From contig CM000152.2 in the NCBI GenBank assembly GCA_000004695.1, positions 2,976,001-3,040,000 of the forward strand: a stretch of 64,000 bases of DNA, written 5' to 3'. Both the position numbers and the translations under genes were made by a program. Numbering within the stretch: position 1 is the first letter of the stretch; every line of letters begins with the position of its first letter. A model generated the notes under the pieces. The model was not told the origin of the DNA and searched no databases. It saw only the letters and a list, made by a program, of their open reading frames with translations. Shown here piece by piece: positions 41,597 to 55,993 of the stretch. The stretch is from Dictyostelium discoideum. Taxonomy: Eukaryota.

Positions 41597-42895
41597 TGTT
41601 TTATATTAATAAATAAAAAAAAAAATAAAAAATAAATAAAAAAAAAAAATTTCTCGTTTCATTCGGTTTTTAATTTTTTTTTTTTTTTTTTATTTTTTTT
41701 TTTATTTTTTTATTTTTTTTTTTTTTATTTTTTTATAATTTTTTTAAATAAACATGGATGTGAACAAAAATAGTTTAAGTTAAAATTAAATTGATAATCA
41801 AAACCAAAATAAAATAAAATAATAATAAATTTAAAGGAATTTAAAAAAGAAATAATTAAATATTGATGAAATTATTATTACATATATTAAAGATTAAAGA
41901 GAATCAATTAACAAACTTGGAATAAATTGAAAATGGATGTCCACCTTCAAAAAATTATTCGCTTCACAAAAAAGGAATTAAAATAAAAATAAAATAAAAA
42001 TAAAAATAAAAATAAATAATTGTTCCAATTTTCAAAAAAAAGTTATTAAATGCTCAGGTCATGGTCATTTTCAAGGTGAAACATACAATAAACAAATTAT
42101 ATCTTCCACATTTGTCATTTAAAAATGAAAAAATGTGAAAATCACTGACCAAGTTAGAAGCTACCAAAGTTCAGTTGGCCTTAGCTACAGTTCATCTGTT
42201 GGAATTGCAATTGGAAGTTGCCATTCACTATGCCATTAACTAAACTAATTAATTAATTAATTCAACCAAGGAAATTATTTCCTTCGTCATTTCAAATTGT
42301 ATCAATAAAAAAAATAAATAAATATTACCAATGTAAAATTGTTTAAATTAAATTCAAAAAATAAAAAACACTAAATGGTGTTTTTTATTATTTTTTTTGT
42401 TGGAGCATTAATAAAATTCGTCTTTAGACTTTGATGCCTAAGGTGAATATTTGCAAACAGAGCTCTCACTCCTGCTTTCAATTTTTTTTTTTTTAATTTT
42501 TTTTTTTTTTAAATTAAATTTGTTTAGAAACAAAATGAAAAAAGATTTATTATTTTTCGCACAATAATACATGAAGGGATCATTAACATCAAAACTTGGT
42601 TAGGTTTAATAATATTAGAGGGGTGATTGTAATAGAAATATATGAATAATTAAAAGAATAGGATATTTTGAACAGTTTAGATAAAAAAAATTTAAATAAC
42701 TATTAGTCTGGGAAATCATTGTAGAATTTAAATTTTCACTCTATTACTAAATTTTTTTTTTCAATATTCAAAGAATCAATTGTAAATTTTCAAAGTAATA
42801 GATTGGAAAAAAAAAACGATAAAATTATAAAAAAGAGTGATATTTATGAACTTCCAATTATTTTTTTATTTTAAGATTTAACAGAATTTTTTTTT

Positions 42896-45800
42896 TTAAT
42901 TTTCAGACATTGGTTTTAATTTTGCTGAAAATGTTTTCATTTGTTTAGCAATGACCTTCTTTTTATATATTGTAACAATAGTAGCAAAAGTTATTGCAAT
43001 AGCAGCAACAGAACAACCAACGATAATTCCAGCCAATTGTGCTTTTGATAATCCAGATGATGGTTTTGGTGAGCATATTGAATTTTCATTATCATTTGTT
43101 GTTGATGGATTTGAATTGAGAAGTAATGAGAAATCTGGATCAATTATTACATTTTTGTTATAGATTGGTACATTAATACCAATAAATGATTGAGATGTGT
43201 GCGAATCACTAATTGCACCTAATGATTTATCTAATAATTCATTTGAAATTGTAATTGGAACTGAATCAACCAATGCTCTTTTAATTAATCTACCATATAA
43301 ACTTTTATTTGATATTGATAATTTAATAAAATCTGAACCTTGACTCGTTGTGCTATCAAATTCTTTATTTGAACATGAATCTGAATCTGAATTAATTATA
43401 GCAGTTGCTGATAAAATTAATTGCAATTGGCTCAATCTAGTTGAAAATGGATATTTCTCAATATAAATTGTATATTTAATTGATGATGGTTTCATTTTAA
43501 TTTCTTGACCTGCAAATTCAATTTTTCTTTCATTTTCAAAGTATTCAATACTAACTGAAATTGGTGTTGTTGTTCCATTTTTATTTATAATATTGGATGA
43601 ATATGTTGATAATTTAGAATTATTTGAAATATAATCCCATTTATCAAATGAATACATATGTAAAACTTTATTATTATAATCGATCTCTCTAATTGCTACA
43701 ACACTTACTAAAGCAACAATGCTTGATTCTGAATTGTCTGATGTACCATTTAATATAATTGTTGGAGATGTATTATTGAATTCTGGTTGAGGCACAACAA
43801 TAACTTTAGAATTACAATCTACACCAACCCATGGAGAATTACAAATACAACCTAATACATCATCGCAGGTACCCTGGGTTGGACCACCACAAATTGGTGT
43901 ACCTCTACATTTGGATGTTAAAATTGGTCTAAAGTATTTAATTCTGTATGGTGTGATTGTGTACATGTTTGATCTTGAATTTCCATTTTTAATTGAAATT
44001 GTAAATGGATCATTTGATGGTTTTACATCATCGACTTTAATAATTGAACCAGATTTCTTTGAAGGTGTTAATGAATAACCTTGACTGAATTCAACATTAA
44101 AATCACCATTTATTGGGAATTTACCATATATCAATAATGAACCACCTTCTGTTGATATTAGACTTGTACCTGTAATTAATCCAGGACTCTGAGAATCCAT
44201 TACAGTGAAGCTTGTTTCAATTAAAAATGGATATCCCATGGTTCTTAATGTAGGCGATGAGTAACCAAAGTATTCACCAAATCCAATTAAACCATAAAGA
44301 TTAACCATAATATCTTGTGGTAATCCAAATCCATACGGTATTGTTAATGTACATTTGTATTGGTTGAATGTTGAATTTACTTGTGTCGTAATTACATCAT
44401 TACATTTAATTTTTTGGAAAGTTGCACTTGTTAAATAAACAATTGGATATTCTTTAATACCTGATCCAATTGAAATTTCATATGTAAATGTTACATCTCT
44501 ATTTAATGATCCAACATTAATACTTTTTGGTTCAAAATCAAATGATTTTAATTCTGGTTGAGTGAAAACACCACCTGGACATTCAGTTTCAATTGAGAAA
44601 AAACTTTTATCTTTAATTGGATATAATGGATTGATATTTGGAGTATAATCTATAGCTTTATTCATAAAGAAAGTTGAATTTAAACCATATCTATCATACA
44701 ATACCATTTCTGCAATTGAGTATGTTTGAGACGTACATGTATTATTATTTAATGTTATATTGATTTGATATGTAAGTTCATTTGAATATTCAATTGGTGA
44801 AACAATTGAAACATTATAAAGAATATTATCAATTGAACCAATAACAACAACATAACCATTATTGAAACCTGAATAATCATTAATTGTAACTACCCAACTA
44901 ATATTATAATTTTCATTATCTATTAATGCCACACCTAAACTTGGATTTTTATTCATTGTTGTTACAATTGGTCCCATTAAATCAATACCTAAAATTTTGT
45001 TAAAAATAAAAAATTAATTAATATTGTTTTAATATTGATTAAATAAAATAGGTTTTACATACGATCACATATTACATTCAATTGGTATTCATAAGGTAAT
45101 TCAGTATTTAAAATATAATGTAAACCTGGTGTTCTAATTGCATATTCAAAATCACCTGGAACAATATTTGGAGGCATAAAAAATTTAAATTCATATCTTG
45201 AATTAATCCATTCACCATTAATTGTTATATTATCCCATTGAGGTATTATTTGAAGATATGGATCAAATGACAATGGAGAATCATTTGTTTCAAGATACAT
45301 AATATTATAACCATATGAGTTTGTTAAATTAACATCATTAAATAAGAAACTTATATTTGATATTGATTCAACATTAAATCCTATAAAATATAATTACTAC
45401 GATTAATAAATAAATAAAAAAACAAAAAATAAATATTGTATGTTACATACCAAAATTATTTAAAACAGGATAAGATAGCAATAGTTCGGTGGAAATAGAA
45501 TTTGTATCAGTTAGCAAAATTTCAAAATCAGGTCCACTCATTATATTATATTGATAGAAAAACTCCAATTCACCATTTTTTAAATCACCACTTAATATAT
45601 TGAAATCTGTTGAATAATATTGATAAATACCATTTGATTTATAACCCCCACTATAACTATTTAATATTATACTTGAAATACTAAATTGGGTCGAATATTT
45701 CAAATAAACCCTTCTAACATTGAAAAAATAATCTTGTTCTCTATACTCTAAAATTGTTGGGCCTGATGAATCTTTGTATAATTGTGGTTAGTTAATAAAA

Positions 45801-47239
45801 TAAACAATAAAGGGATATAATAATATGTGATAACATACTTGTATTGGGACCATTAAAATTTATTGTTTCTCCACCAATATCAAATGTATATCCTTGATCA
45901 GATAAATTTAATGTTGTTAAAACTGAAAAATCCATTATAAATTCATTATTATTTCCACTACCATATCCAAATGGAAAACCAGCAACTGATGTGGTATCCC
46001 AAAGAAATCTTTTCCAAGTATATTCAATTTCTTTTCTATTTATTTGGTTCTTTATAAAACAATTAATATTAAATAATCTATTATTGTTCAAAACAATTTC
46101 ATTGGTTGTTATATTTGAAATATTTAATAGAAAATCTAAAGTTTTTTATTTGTTAGTTTTTTTTTTTTTTTTTTTTGTTTTTATATTTCAAAACTTACAA
46201 GTATTATTATATATTTTTTTAATTTTTGATAATTTTGAATAATTTTGATACTGTAATTTAAAGTTTAGACTCCCATAATAAATTGATTTTAGATTTATGA
46301 AATAGTTAAAGGTTCCATCAATATTACTCGAGACTACCTTTGGTTTAAATGGAGATTCCATCACATTGATATATGGATATCTTTCAATTGGTTTAAAAGT
46401 GAACCAGTATTGGGGATAGTCAAAAGAGGAAATCATTTCAAATTCGCTTGGTTCATAATGAAGTATTGTCATATTATCGTAACTAATTGAACCTATGTTT
46501 TATTTATTAGTTTGAAATCCACTACGAATATTGAAAAATATTTTTTTAAATATACATACTTTTTTTTGGGGATGGGAGATCATATTGTTCAGATCCTATA
46601 AATATACTCCAAATTGGTGAAAAATCATCTGGTGCACCCCTAAATGTTAGTTTATATTTATTAAAATCAAAAGAAAGAGATGCACTAAAAACATCAACAT
46701 TAAATGTTGATAACCATGGTGGGTCTGTATTATCTTCCAAACCTGTAATATTAACATATAAACTATATGTTGATTTAAAAAAATTAAATGTATAATTGGA
46801 AATTGGTACAAATTTTAGATTTTTAGGAGTATCTGATATTTTTTATTTTGTTAGTAAATTTTTTATTATTTTTTATTATTTTTTATTAATATTTACCATA
46901 ACATATAATTTTTTGAGGAAATATTTGGGAAGAGCTTGGATTTTTAGAAGTAACATTGACATAAAAAATTATATCTCCAATATTTGCTGAAAAATATACA
47001 GGTGAAGTGATTGTACCACTAAATTTCTCTAACTGGTATTGGAAAATAGTTGTAGTATTATCCAGGGCGACCCAATCAATGTTTTCAATTTCTTCACTGT
47101 CAATGACTATTGAAGTTTCAAAATTACATCCCCCAAATGTTGCATATTTATTTTTAAAATTTGTTTGTAAAACAAAAATTGATAAAGTAAAATTTAAATA
47201 TAAAATAATAATAACAGTACAAATAAAAAATTTATTCAT
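42896..47239 (-). CDS. Large type-I membrane glycoprotein, cluster paralog A (~1,312 aa): signal peptide, >=5 ~100-aa beta-rich repeat modules, EGF-like Cys-rich module, TM anchor
   Basis: complement(join(42896..44988,45063..45380,45451..45771,45839..46135,46199..46492,46560..46832,46897..47239)). All six introns are phase 1, 65-80 nt, with GTAAAT/GTATGT/GTAAGT donors and ACTAAC-like branch sites. Each of exons 2-6 encodes one module with many NxS/T sites. Exon 7 contains CRGTPICGGPTQGTCDDVLGCICNSPWVGVDCNS and the TM LAGIIVGCSVAAIAITFATIVTIY followed by KKK. Confidence 0.7.
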
Positions 47240-48153
47240 TTTGTTACTGAAACAAATGAAAAAAAAAAAAAAAAAAAAAAAGAAAGAAAAAAAATAAAAC
47301 TTAAGAATAAAGAAATTAAAATTTTAGTGGCTTGAAAAGTTCTTTTATTGGTTTTCTAATGTTGTTCTTAGTTTTTAATAATCAATTTAAAAAAATGGGT
47401 TTCAAAAAAAAGATTCAAATAAAAGTATATAAATATTGGAGTAGTAGGCTAAAGTCTTTCCGAAAAATATAAAATAAACATAATGCTCTTAAATAGTTGA
47501 TGGGTGGGATGATTAAAAATACTTTCCTAATAATTTAGTTGGATATTTTAAAAACCAAAAAAATTAAAATCAACCCACTTTTTTCAAATAAACTTTTTCC
47601 AATTTTTTTTTTTTTTTCCCACAAGCCCAATTATTTCAATTTCATTTTAATCTTTTTTTATTAATGTTATCTGAATGTTTTTTTTTTATTGTTCATTTGT
47701 TGTTTGTGATAAATGTGTAGATGATTGTGGTGTTTGTGTTTGTATAATCTTTTCAAATTGTACTCTTTTAGATTGTGGTAATTCAAAATTAATAAATAAA
47801 AATTTTAATGGTTTTTCAACTTGACTCATTATTAATTATTTATTATTATTTATGCACTGTGTTATTGTGTTACTACTATTATAATATTATGGATTTGAAT
47901 TGGATCAATTATTTATTTGAAAAGGAATCTAAATCTGAATCTGAATTTGAATTAATTGAAATTGATTTAATCTTGTTGAAAATGGATATAAATTACATAT
48001 GCTTCAGTTTGTAAAAAAAAAAAAAAAAAATAAAAAAAATTTAAAAATATCAATAATATTGTTTTTTTAATTTTTTTTTTAATTTTTTTTTTTTTTAAAA
48101 TGATTTTTCATAATAAAAAGTGGAACGTTTTCTTGCATTAACGAAAATTTTTT

Positions 48154-48193
<40 letters not shown>

Positions 48194-48228
48194 ATTATCC
48201 TTTTCTGACCCATTTACATTCCAGTAAA

Positions 48229-48918
<690 letters not shown>

Positions 48919-49069
48919 TAGTAAAAATCTTTCATATAATTAATAATTTACAAATGATAATCCTTAGAAAATAATAAAATAAATAATAATATTGGTTATT
49001 TAAAAATTGTTTTATAATAAATAGAAATATTTATTTAATTATTTTTTTTATTTTAGAAATTCCTTTTTA

Positions 49070-50700
49070 TTATTTCATTGCTATTAATTTATTACTAAAA
49101 ACTTTCATTTTTTTTTTAAGATTTCTTTTCTTTTTGGTTGTAACAACAGTTGCAACAGTTATTGCAATAGCGACAACACAACAACCTATGATTATTCCAG
49201 CTAATTGTGCTTTTGATAATCCAGATGATGACGATGGTTTTGGTGAACATATTGAATTATAATTTGTTGTCGATGGATTTGAGTTGACCTGCAAATTCAA
49301 TTGTTCTTTCATTTCAAAGTATTCAATACTATATTAGATGAATATGTTGATAATTTATAATTATTTGAATTATAAATCCATTTATCGAATGAATACATAT
49401 GTAAAACTTTATTATTATAAACGATCTCTCTAATTGCTACTATATTTATTAATGCTACTATATTTGTTTCTGAATTATCTGATGTTGTTGTTTCGTTTAA
49501 AACAATTGTTGGAGAAGTTGTATTAAATTCTGGTTGAGGTACTATAATAACTTTAGAATTACAATCTACACCAACCCATGGTGAATTACAAATACAACCT
49601 AATAAATTATCACATGTACCATGAGTTGCACCACCACAAATTGGAGTTCCTTTACATTTTGATGGTTGAGGCTTGGTAATAACTTTAAAATTACAATCTT
49701 CGCCATCCCATTGCCAATTACAAATACAACCTAATACATGATTACATGTACCATGAGTTGGACCACCACAAACTGGTGTACCTCTACAGTTTGATCTAAA
49801 ATATTTAATTATGAATGGTGTAACTGTGTACATGTATGATTTTGAATTTCCATTTTTAATCGAAATTGTAAATGGATCATTTGATGGTTTCGCGCCATCT
49901 ACTTTAATAATTAAGCCAGATTTCGTTGAAGGTTTTAATGAATATCCTTGGCTGAATTCAACAGTAAAATCTGCATCTGGTGGGAATCTACCATAAATAA
50001 ATAGTGAACCACCTTCTGATGATATTGGACTTGTACCTGTAATTAATCCAGGGCTTTGAGAATCCAATACTGTGAAACTTGTTTCAATTAAAAATGGATA
50101 TCCATTGTTTCTTAATGTTATTGATGAATAACCAAAGTAAGCTCCAAATCCAATTAAACCATAAAGATTGACTAAAATATCTTGTGGTAATCCAAATCCA
50201 TATGGTAATGTTAATTTACATTTGTATTGGTTGAATGTTGAATTTGTTTGTGTTGTAATTACATCATTACACTTCAATGCTTGAAAGAGCTGCGCTTGTT
50301 AAATAAACAATTGGATATTCTTTAATACCTGATCCAATTGAAATTCCATATGTAAATGTTACATCTCTATTTAAAGATCCAACATTAATACTTTTTGGTT
50401 CAAAATCAAATGATTTTAATTCTGGTTGAATAAAGCTTCTTCCACTTGGACATTCAGTTTCAATTGAGAATAAACTTTTATCTTCAATTGGATATAGCGG
50501 ATTGATATTTGGAGTATAGTCTAAACCTTTATTCATAAAGAAAGTTGAATTTAAACCATATCTAACATATAATACCATTTCTGCAATTGAGTATGTTTGA
50601 GATATACATATGCATTATTATTTAATGTTATATTGATTCGATATGTAAATTCATTTGAATATTCAATTGGTGAAATAATTGAAACATTATAAAGAATATT
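49070..50700 (-). pseudogene. Degenerate fragment of the cluster glycoprotein gene (3' half only; frameshifts, internal deletion, duplicated EGF module)
   Basis: ORF pieces 50267..50578, 49309..50277 and 49070..49312 lie in three different frames. Together they are collinear with aa ~95-690 of exon 7 of paralogs A and B. Upstream exons 1-6 are absent. A segment of ~150 aa between the EGF module and the TM is deleted. The EGF module is tandemly duplicated (CRGTPVCGG...DCNFKVITKPQPSKCKGTPICGG...DCNS). Confidence 0.6.
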
Positions 50701-51045
50701 TTAAATCAAAAATAGAGATCACATGAAAAAATAAAAAAAAAAAAAAAAAAGGAAAAAAAAAAAAAGGAAAAAAAAAAATTATGATCCACATAGAAAATAA
50801 AAGTACATTATTTTATTTCTTATTTTTAATTATTTAATTAATTTACTTTTTTTTTATTTTTTTTTATTTTTTATTTTATTTTATTTCTTTTTTTTTAATA
50901 TTCTTAATAAATTTTATTAAATTGTTGTTGTTAAATTGGAAGATGGTTTTAAATTATTATTATTATTTTTTTTTTTTTTTTTTTTTTCCATTTAATAGAT
51001 GAGGAAAAATTTTAAAATGTCGATTTGATTTTTAAAGACAATTTA

Positions 51046-54000
51046 TTAATTATTTATTGCTTGCATTTTTTTCCCAAACACCTTCATTTCTTTTTTTAGA
51101 GCTTTTTTTCTTTTTATTGTGACAACAGTGGCAAAAACAATTGCAATAGCACCAACGGAACCAACAATTATCCCTGCTAACTGGGCTGTTGTTAAACCAG
51201 ATTTGGATTTTGTTGATTTTGCAGAACAAATTGAATTTTCATTTGTTGTTGTTGATGGATTTGAATTGAGAATTAATGAGAAATCTGGATCAATTTTAAC
51301 ATTTTTATTATAGATTGGTATATTAATACCAATAAATGATTGGGATGTGTGAGAATCACTAATTGCACCTAATGATTTATCTAATAATTCATTTGAAATT
51401 GTAATTGGAGTTGAATCAACCAACGCTCTCCTTATGAATCTACCATATAAACTTTTACCTGATATTGATAATTTAACATAATCTGAACTTTCACTTGTTG
51501 TATTATCAAATTCTTTATTTGAACATGAATCTGAATTTGAATTAATTATTGCAGTGGCTGATATAATTAATTGTAATTGACTCAATTTTGTTGAAAATGG
51601 ATATTGATCAATATAAATTGTATATTTAATTGATGATGGTTTCATTATAATTTCTTGACCTGCAAATTCAATTTTTCTTTCATTTTCAAAGTATTCAATC
51701 TCTACTGAAATTGGTGTCATTGATCCATTTTTATTTATAATATTAGATGAATATATTGAAACATTTGAATTAATTGAATTATAAATCCATTTATCGAATG
51801 AATACATATGTAAAACTTTATTATTATAATCGATCTCTCTAATTGCAACTACATTTATTAATGCTACTATATTAGTTTCTGAATTATCTGATGTCGTTTC
51901 ATTTAATATAATTGTTGGTGAACTTGTATTAAATACTGGTTGAGGTACAACAATAACTTTAGAATTACAATCTACACCAACCCATGGTGAATTGCAAATA
52001 CAACCTAATACATCATCACATGTACCATGAGTTGCACCACCACAAATTGGTGTTCCTTTACATTTTGATGGTAATGTTGTTTTAATAAATCCTCTTTTAT
52101 ATGGTTTAATTATATATGGATTTGATTTTGAATTACCATTTTTGATCCAAATTGTAAGTGGACCACTTGATGGTTTTACATCATCGACTTTAATAATTGA
52201 ACCAGACTTCTCTAGAGGTAGTAATGAATAACCTTGACTGAACTCAACAGTATAATAAACATCTGGTGGGAATCTACCATAAATAAATAATAAACCACCT
52301 TCTGTTGATATTGAACTTGTACCTGTAATTATTCCTCCACTATTTGAGTTTATGACTGTGAAACTTGTTTCTATTAAAAATGGATATCCCAATTGCTGTA
52401 ATGAATATGATGAATAACCAAAGTAAGCTCCAAATCCTATTAAACCATAAAGATTAACGATTATATCCTTTGGTAATCCAAATCCATATGGTATTGTTAA
52501 TGTACATTTGTATTCGTTGAATGTTGAATTTGTTTTTGTTGTAATTACATCAATACATTTCAATATTTGAAGAGTTGAACTAGTTAAATAAACAATTGGA
52601 TATTCTTTAATACCTGATCCAATTGAAATTCCATATGTAAATGTTACATTTCTATTTAATGATCCAACATCAATATTTTTTGGTTCAAAATCAAATGATT
52701 TTAATTCTGGTTGAATGAAACTACCACTTGGGCATTCAGTTTGAATTGAATGTAAATTCCTATCACTTATTTTAAATAATGGATTGATATTTGGAGTAAA
52801 ATCTACTGCTTTATTTATATAAAAAGTTGAATTTAAACCATATCTATCATATAATACCATTTCTGCAATTGAGTATGTTTGAGATATACATGTATTATTA
52901 TTTAATGTTATATTGATTTGATATGTAAATTCATTTGAAAATTTAATTGGTGAAATAATTGAAACATTATAAAGAATATTATCAATTGAACCAATAACAA
53001 CAACATAACCATTATTGAAACCATTATAATCCTTAACTGTAAATGTCCAACTAATATTATAATTTTCATTATCTATTAGTGCCACACCTAAACTTGGTTC
53101 TTTATTCATTGTTGTTACAATTGGTCCCATTAAATCAATATCTAAAAACATATGTTTTTTAAAATAAAATTAATAAAACTATAATTAAAAAAATTAAATA
53201 AACAATTTAAAGATACATACGATCACTAATTATATTCAATTGGAATTCATCAGGTAATTCAGTATTTAAAATATATTGTAAATTTGGAGTTTTTATAGCA
53301 TATTCAAAAGCTCCTGGAACAATATTTGGAGGCATGTAAAATATAAATTCATAACGAGAATTTACCCATTCACCTTTAATTGTTATATTATCCCATTGAG
53401 GTATAATTTGAAGACATGGATTAAATGGTAATGGAGTATCATATGTTTCAAGGTACATTATATTATAACCATATGAATTTGTTAAATTTACGTCATTATA
53501 AAAGAAACTAATTTTTGATATATTCTCTGCATTAAAATCTATTAATTTATAATATTAAAAATTAGGAAAAAAGACTTTAAAAATTAATATAAAATAAAAT
53601 TAAAATAATAAACATACCATAATTTTGATCATATAGTTGTGGAAATGAAAGGGTATCTAAAAATGATTGATAATAACTATTTTGTTCTAAAATTGTATAT
53701 TCTGAATTTGAATCATAGATATTTAAAACTATAAAATCATTCTTTAGTAATCCATAAGTATAAATAAATTCAATAATACCATTATTAAGACTACCACTGA
53801 TAATGTTAAAATCTGTTGAAAGATAAACATAGGAATTCTGGAAAGCATTATTGATACTAAAATGGAATAATTCAATTTTAGAAATTCCATTTGGTGTTGA
53901 ATAATTAAATCTAAATAAAAGTTTGTTATCATCTTCTGAAAAAGTATCTAAAATATTAAATTTGGTAATTAATGGTGCTGAAAGATCTATAAATTAATTT

Positions 54001-55543
54001 TATAATTAGGTTAATAATAATTTAAATAAATAATATTAGAAATTTGTAAAAATATAATTTGTTACTTTTAAAATTAGGACCAGAGAATGAATATGAATAA
54101 CTTCCAACTGAAAATGAGTATGAACTATTTGATACATCCAACATTGTAAAAATTGAAATATCTAAATTAAAATTTTTATTATTTCCAGAACCAAAACCAA
54201 AAGGAAATGATTCATAATTTGTTTTACCACCTTCCCAATTATATTCAATTTCATTTCTACTTGTTAAATTCTCTCCTTTATAATTTAAGAATGTTAATAA
54301 ATCATCTAAATTAACTATATTTTTTGAACTTTGTAAATCTGTTGGTTCAAATTTAAAATCTTGATCTATATTTTTAATTAAAATGTTAGAAAAATAATAA
54401 AAATAAAAAAACAAAATTATAATTCTAATTCTTACATTTATAACTATTTTTATCTTGATATACATCTGAATAATTTTGAAGTGATAATGTACATAATACT
54501 TCACCAATAGAAATAATAAGTCTTGCATTAATAAAGTAGTTAAGAGATCCATCATCATAACTTGATACTATCTTTGGTAAGAAAAAAGAATCTCTTAAAT
54601 TAATATATGGATATCTTTCATTTGTTTTAATATTAATCCAAAATTGAGGATAATCAAATTTTGAATTCATATTATGATTAATATTATAGTAATCAATTAC
54701 TGCAGAATTTACATAACTAATTGAACCTTTTTTTTTTTTTAATTAATTATTAATTAACATTAATATTGTAAAGATAATCAAAATGTAAATTATTATTAAA
54801 ACTTACTATTAAATGGTGATGATATATTAAATTTTGGTGAACCATCAATGTATTCAAAAGACCATGTTTTTGGAGCAACGGTTTTTGGTGTACCGAAAAA
54901 TGTTAATTTGTATCTTCCATCATATTCATAGTCAATAGAAACTGAAAAAATACCACTCTCTGAAGTAGTAAGTCTGGGAACATATGAGACATCATCAATT
55001 AACCCACTCACATTAACATAACATGAATATGCTGATGTGAAATAATTATATGAATAACCAGATATTTGTTCAATTGTGAAATCAGTTGGAATTTCTATAT
55101 AATATAAATAAATAGATTTTTTTTTTTTTTTAATAAATGTTTAAAAAAAGGAAAATATATATATATATATTTTAATTACCCTGACACATAGGATAAGTTG
55201 TATGATATAAAAAACCACCATTTTTTGAATATGCTTTAACTCCAATTTCACATTGATTTATTGGACAATATACTCTCGCAGAAAATAACTGTGCTGTTTC
55301 ATTGTGAAAAATAACATTTACATCATTATAAGTTGTGAAAGCATTGAAACCACCCCAAGTTACATTATCCAATCCATTTAAATCTGAAACCAAAATTGAA
55401 AAACTGAATTCACATGAACCACCTATTGCATAAAAAGAAGATCCAAGTGAAAATTTAAATTCTTCAAATTTTAAATCTGAAATAACAAATTGAACAATAA
55501 ATCCAAACACCAATAAAAAATAAAAGTAAATATTAATTTTCAT
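51046..55543 (-). CDS. Large type-I membrane glycoprotein, cluster paralog B (~1,341 aa), same architecture as paralog A
   Basis: complement(join(51046..53141,53221..53538,53618..53986,54066..54365,54436..54726,54807..55094,55180..55543)). The intron positions and phases (all phase 1) are identical to paralog A. It has a signal peptide MKINIYFYFLLVFGFIVQFVIS, the EGF-like module CKGTPICGGATHGTCDDVLGCICNSPWVGVDCNS, and the TM LAGIIVGSVGAIAIVFATVVTI. Confidence 0.7.
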
Positions 55544-55950
55544 TATTCTTTTTTTTTTTTTTTATTCCTTTTTTTTTTTTTTTAATAATAAAAAAAAAAA
55601 AAAAAAAAAAGAAACCAATTATCAAGGGAAATTAAAGGTGTTTAACAAAAACCATTTTGTGGATCAAAAAGATATTATTAAACAATTTTATTTGAAAAAA
55701 TGTTTAAAATGGTTCAAACGATTCTTATAACCAATCTTTAGATTTTTTCTTTTTAAAATTTCCATTTGTTTTTATCGGTTTTTTTTTTTTTTATTTTTAA
55801 AAAAATAAAAATATCTTCCTCTTTCAAAAATCTTAGGGTTTTTTTTTTGTCCATGCATTACAGTTTTTTTTTTTTTTTTTATCATTTTTTAATTTTTTTA
55901 TTGTTAGAGAATTTCTGATTTGTAAAAACCATCCTTAAAATCTTGATTAT

Positions 55951-55993
<43 letters not shown>

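Noticed and set aside
53744-53932. Minus ORF 62 aa within cluster paralog B
   Set aside because: It is in the wrong frame. Exon 5 of paralog B (53618..53986) is read in a different frame, supported by homology to exon 5 of paralog A.
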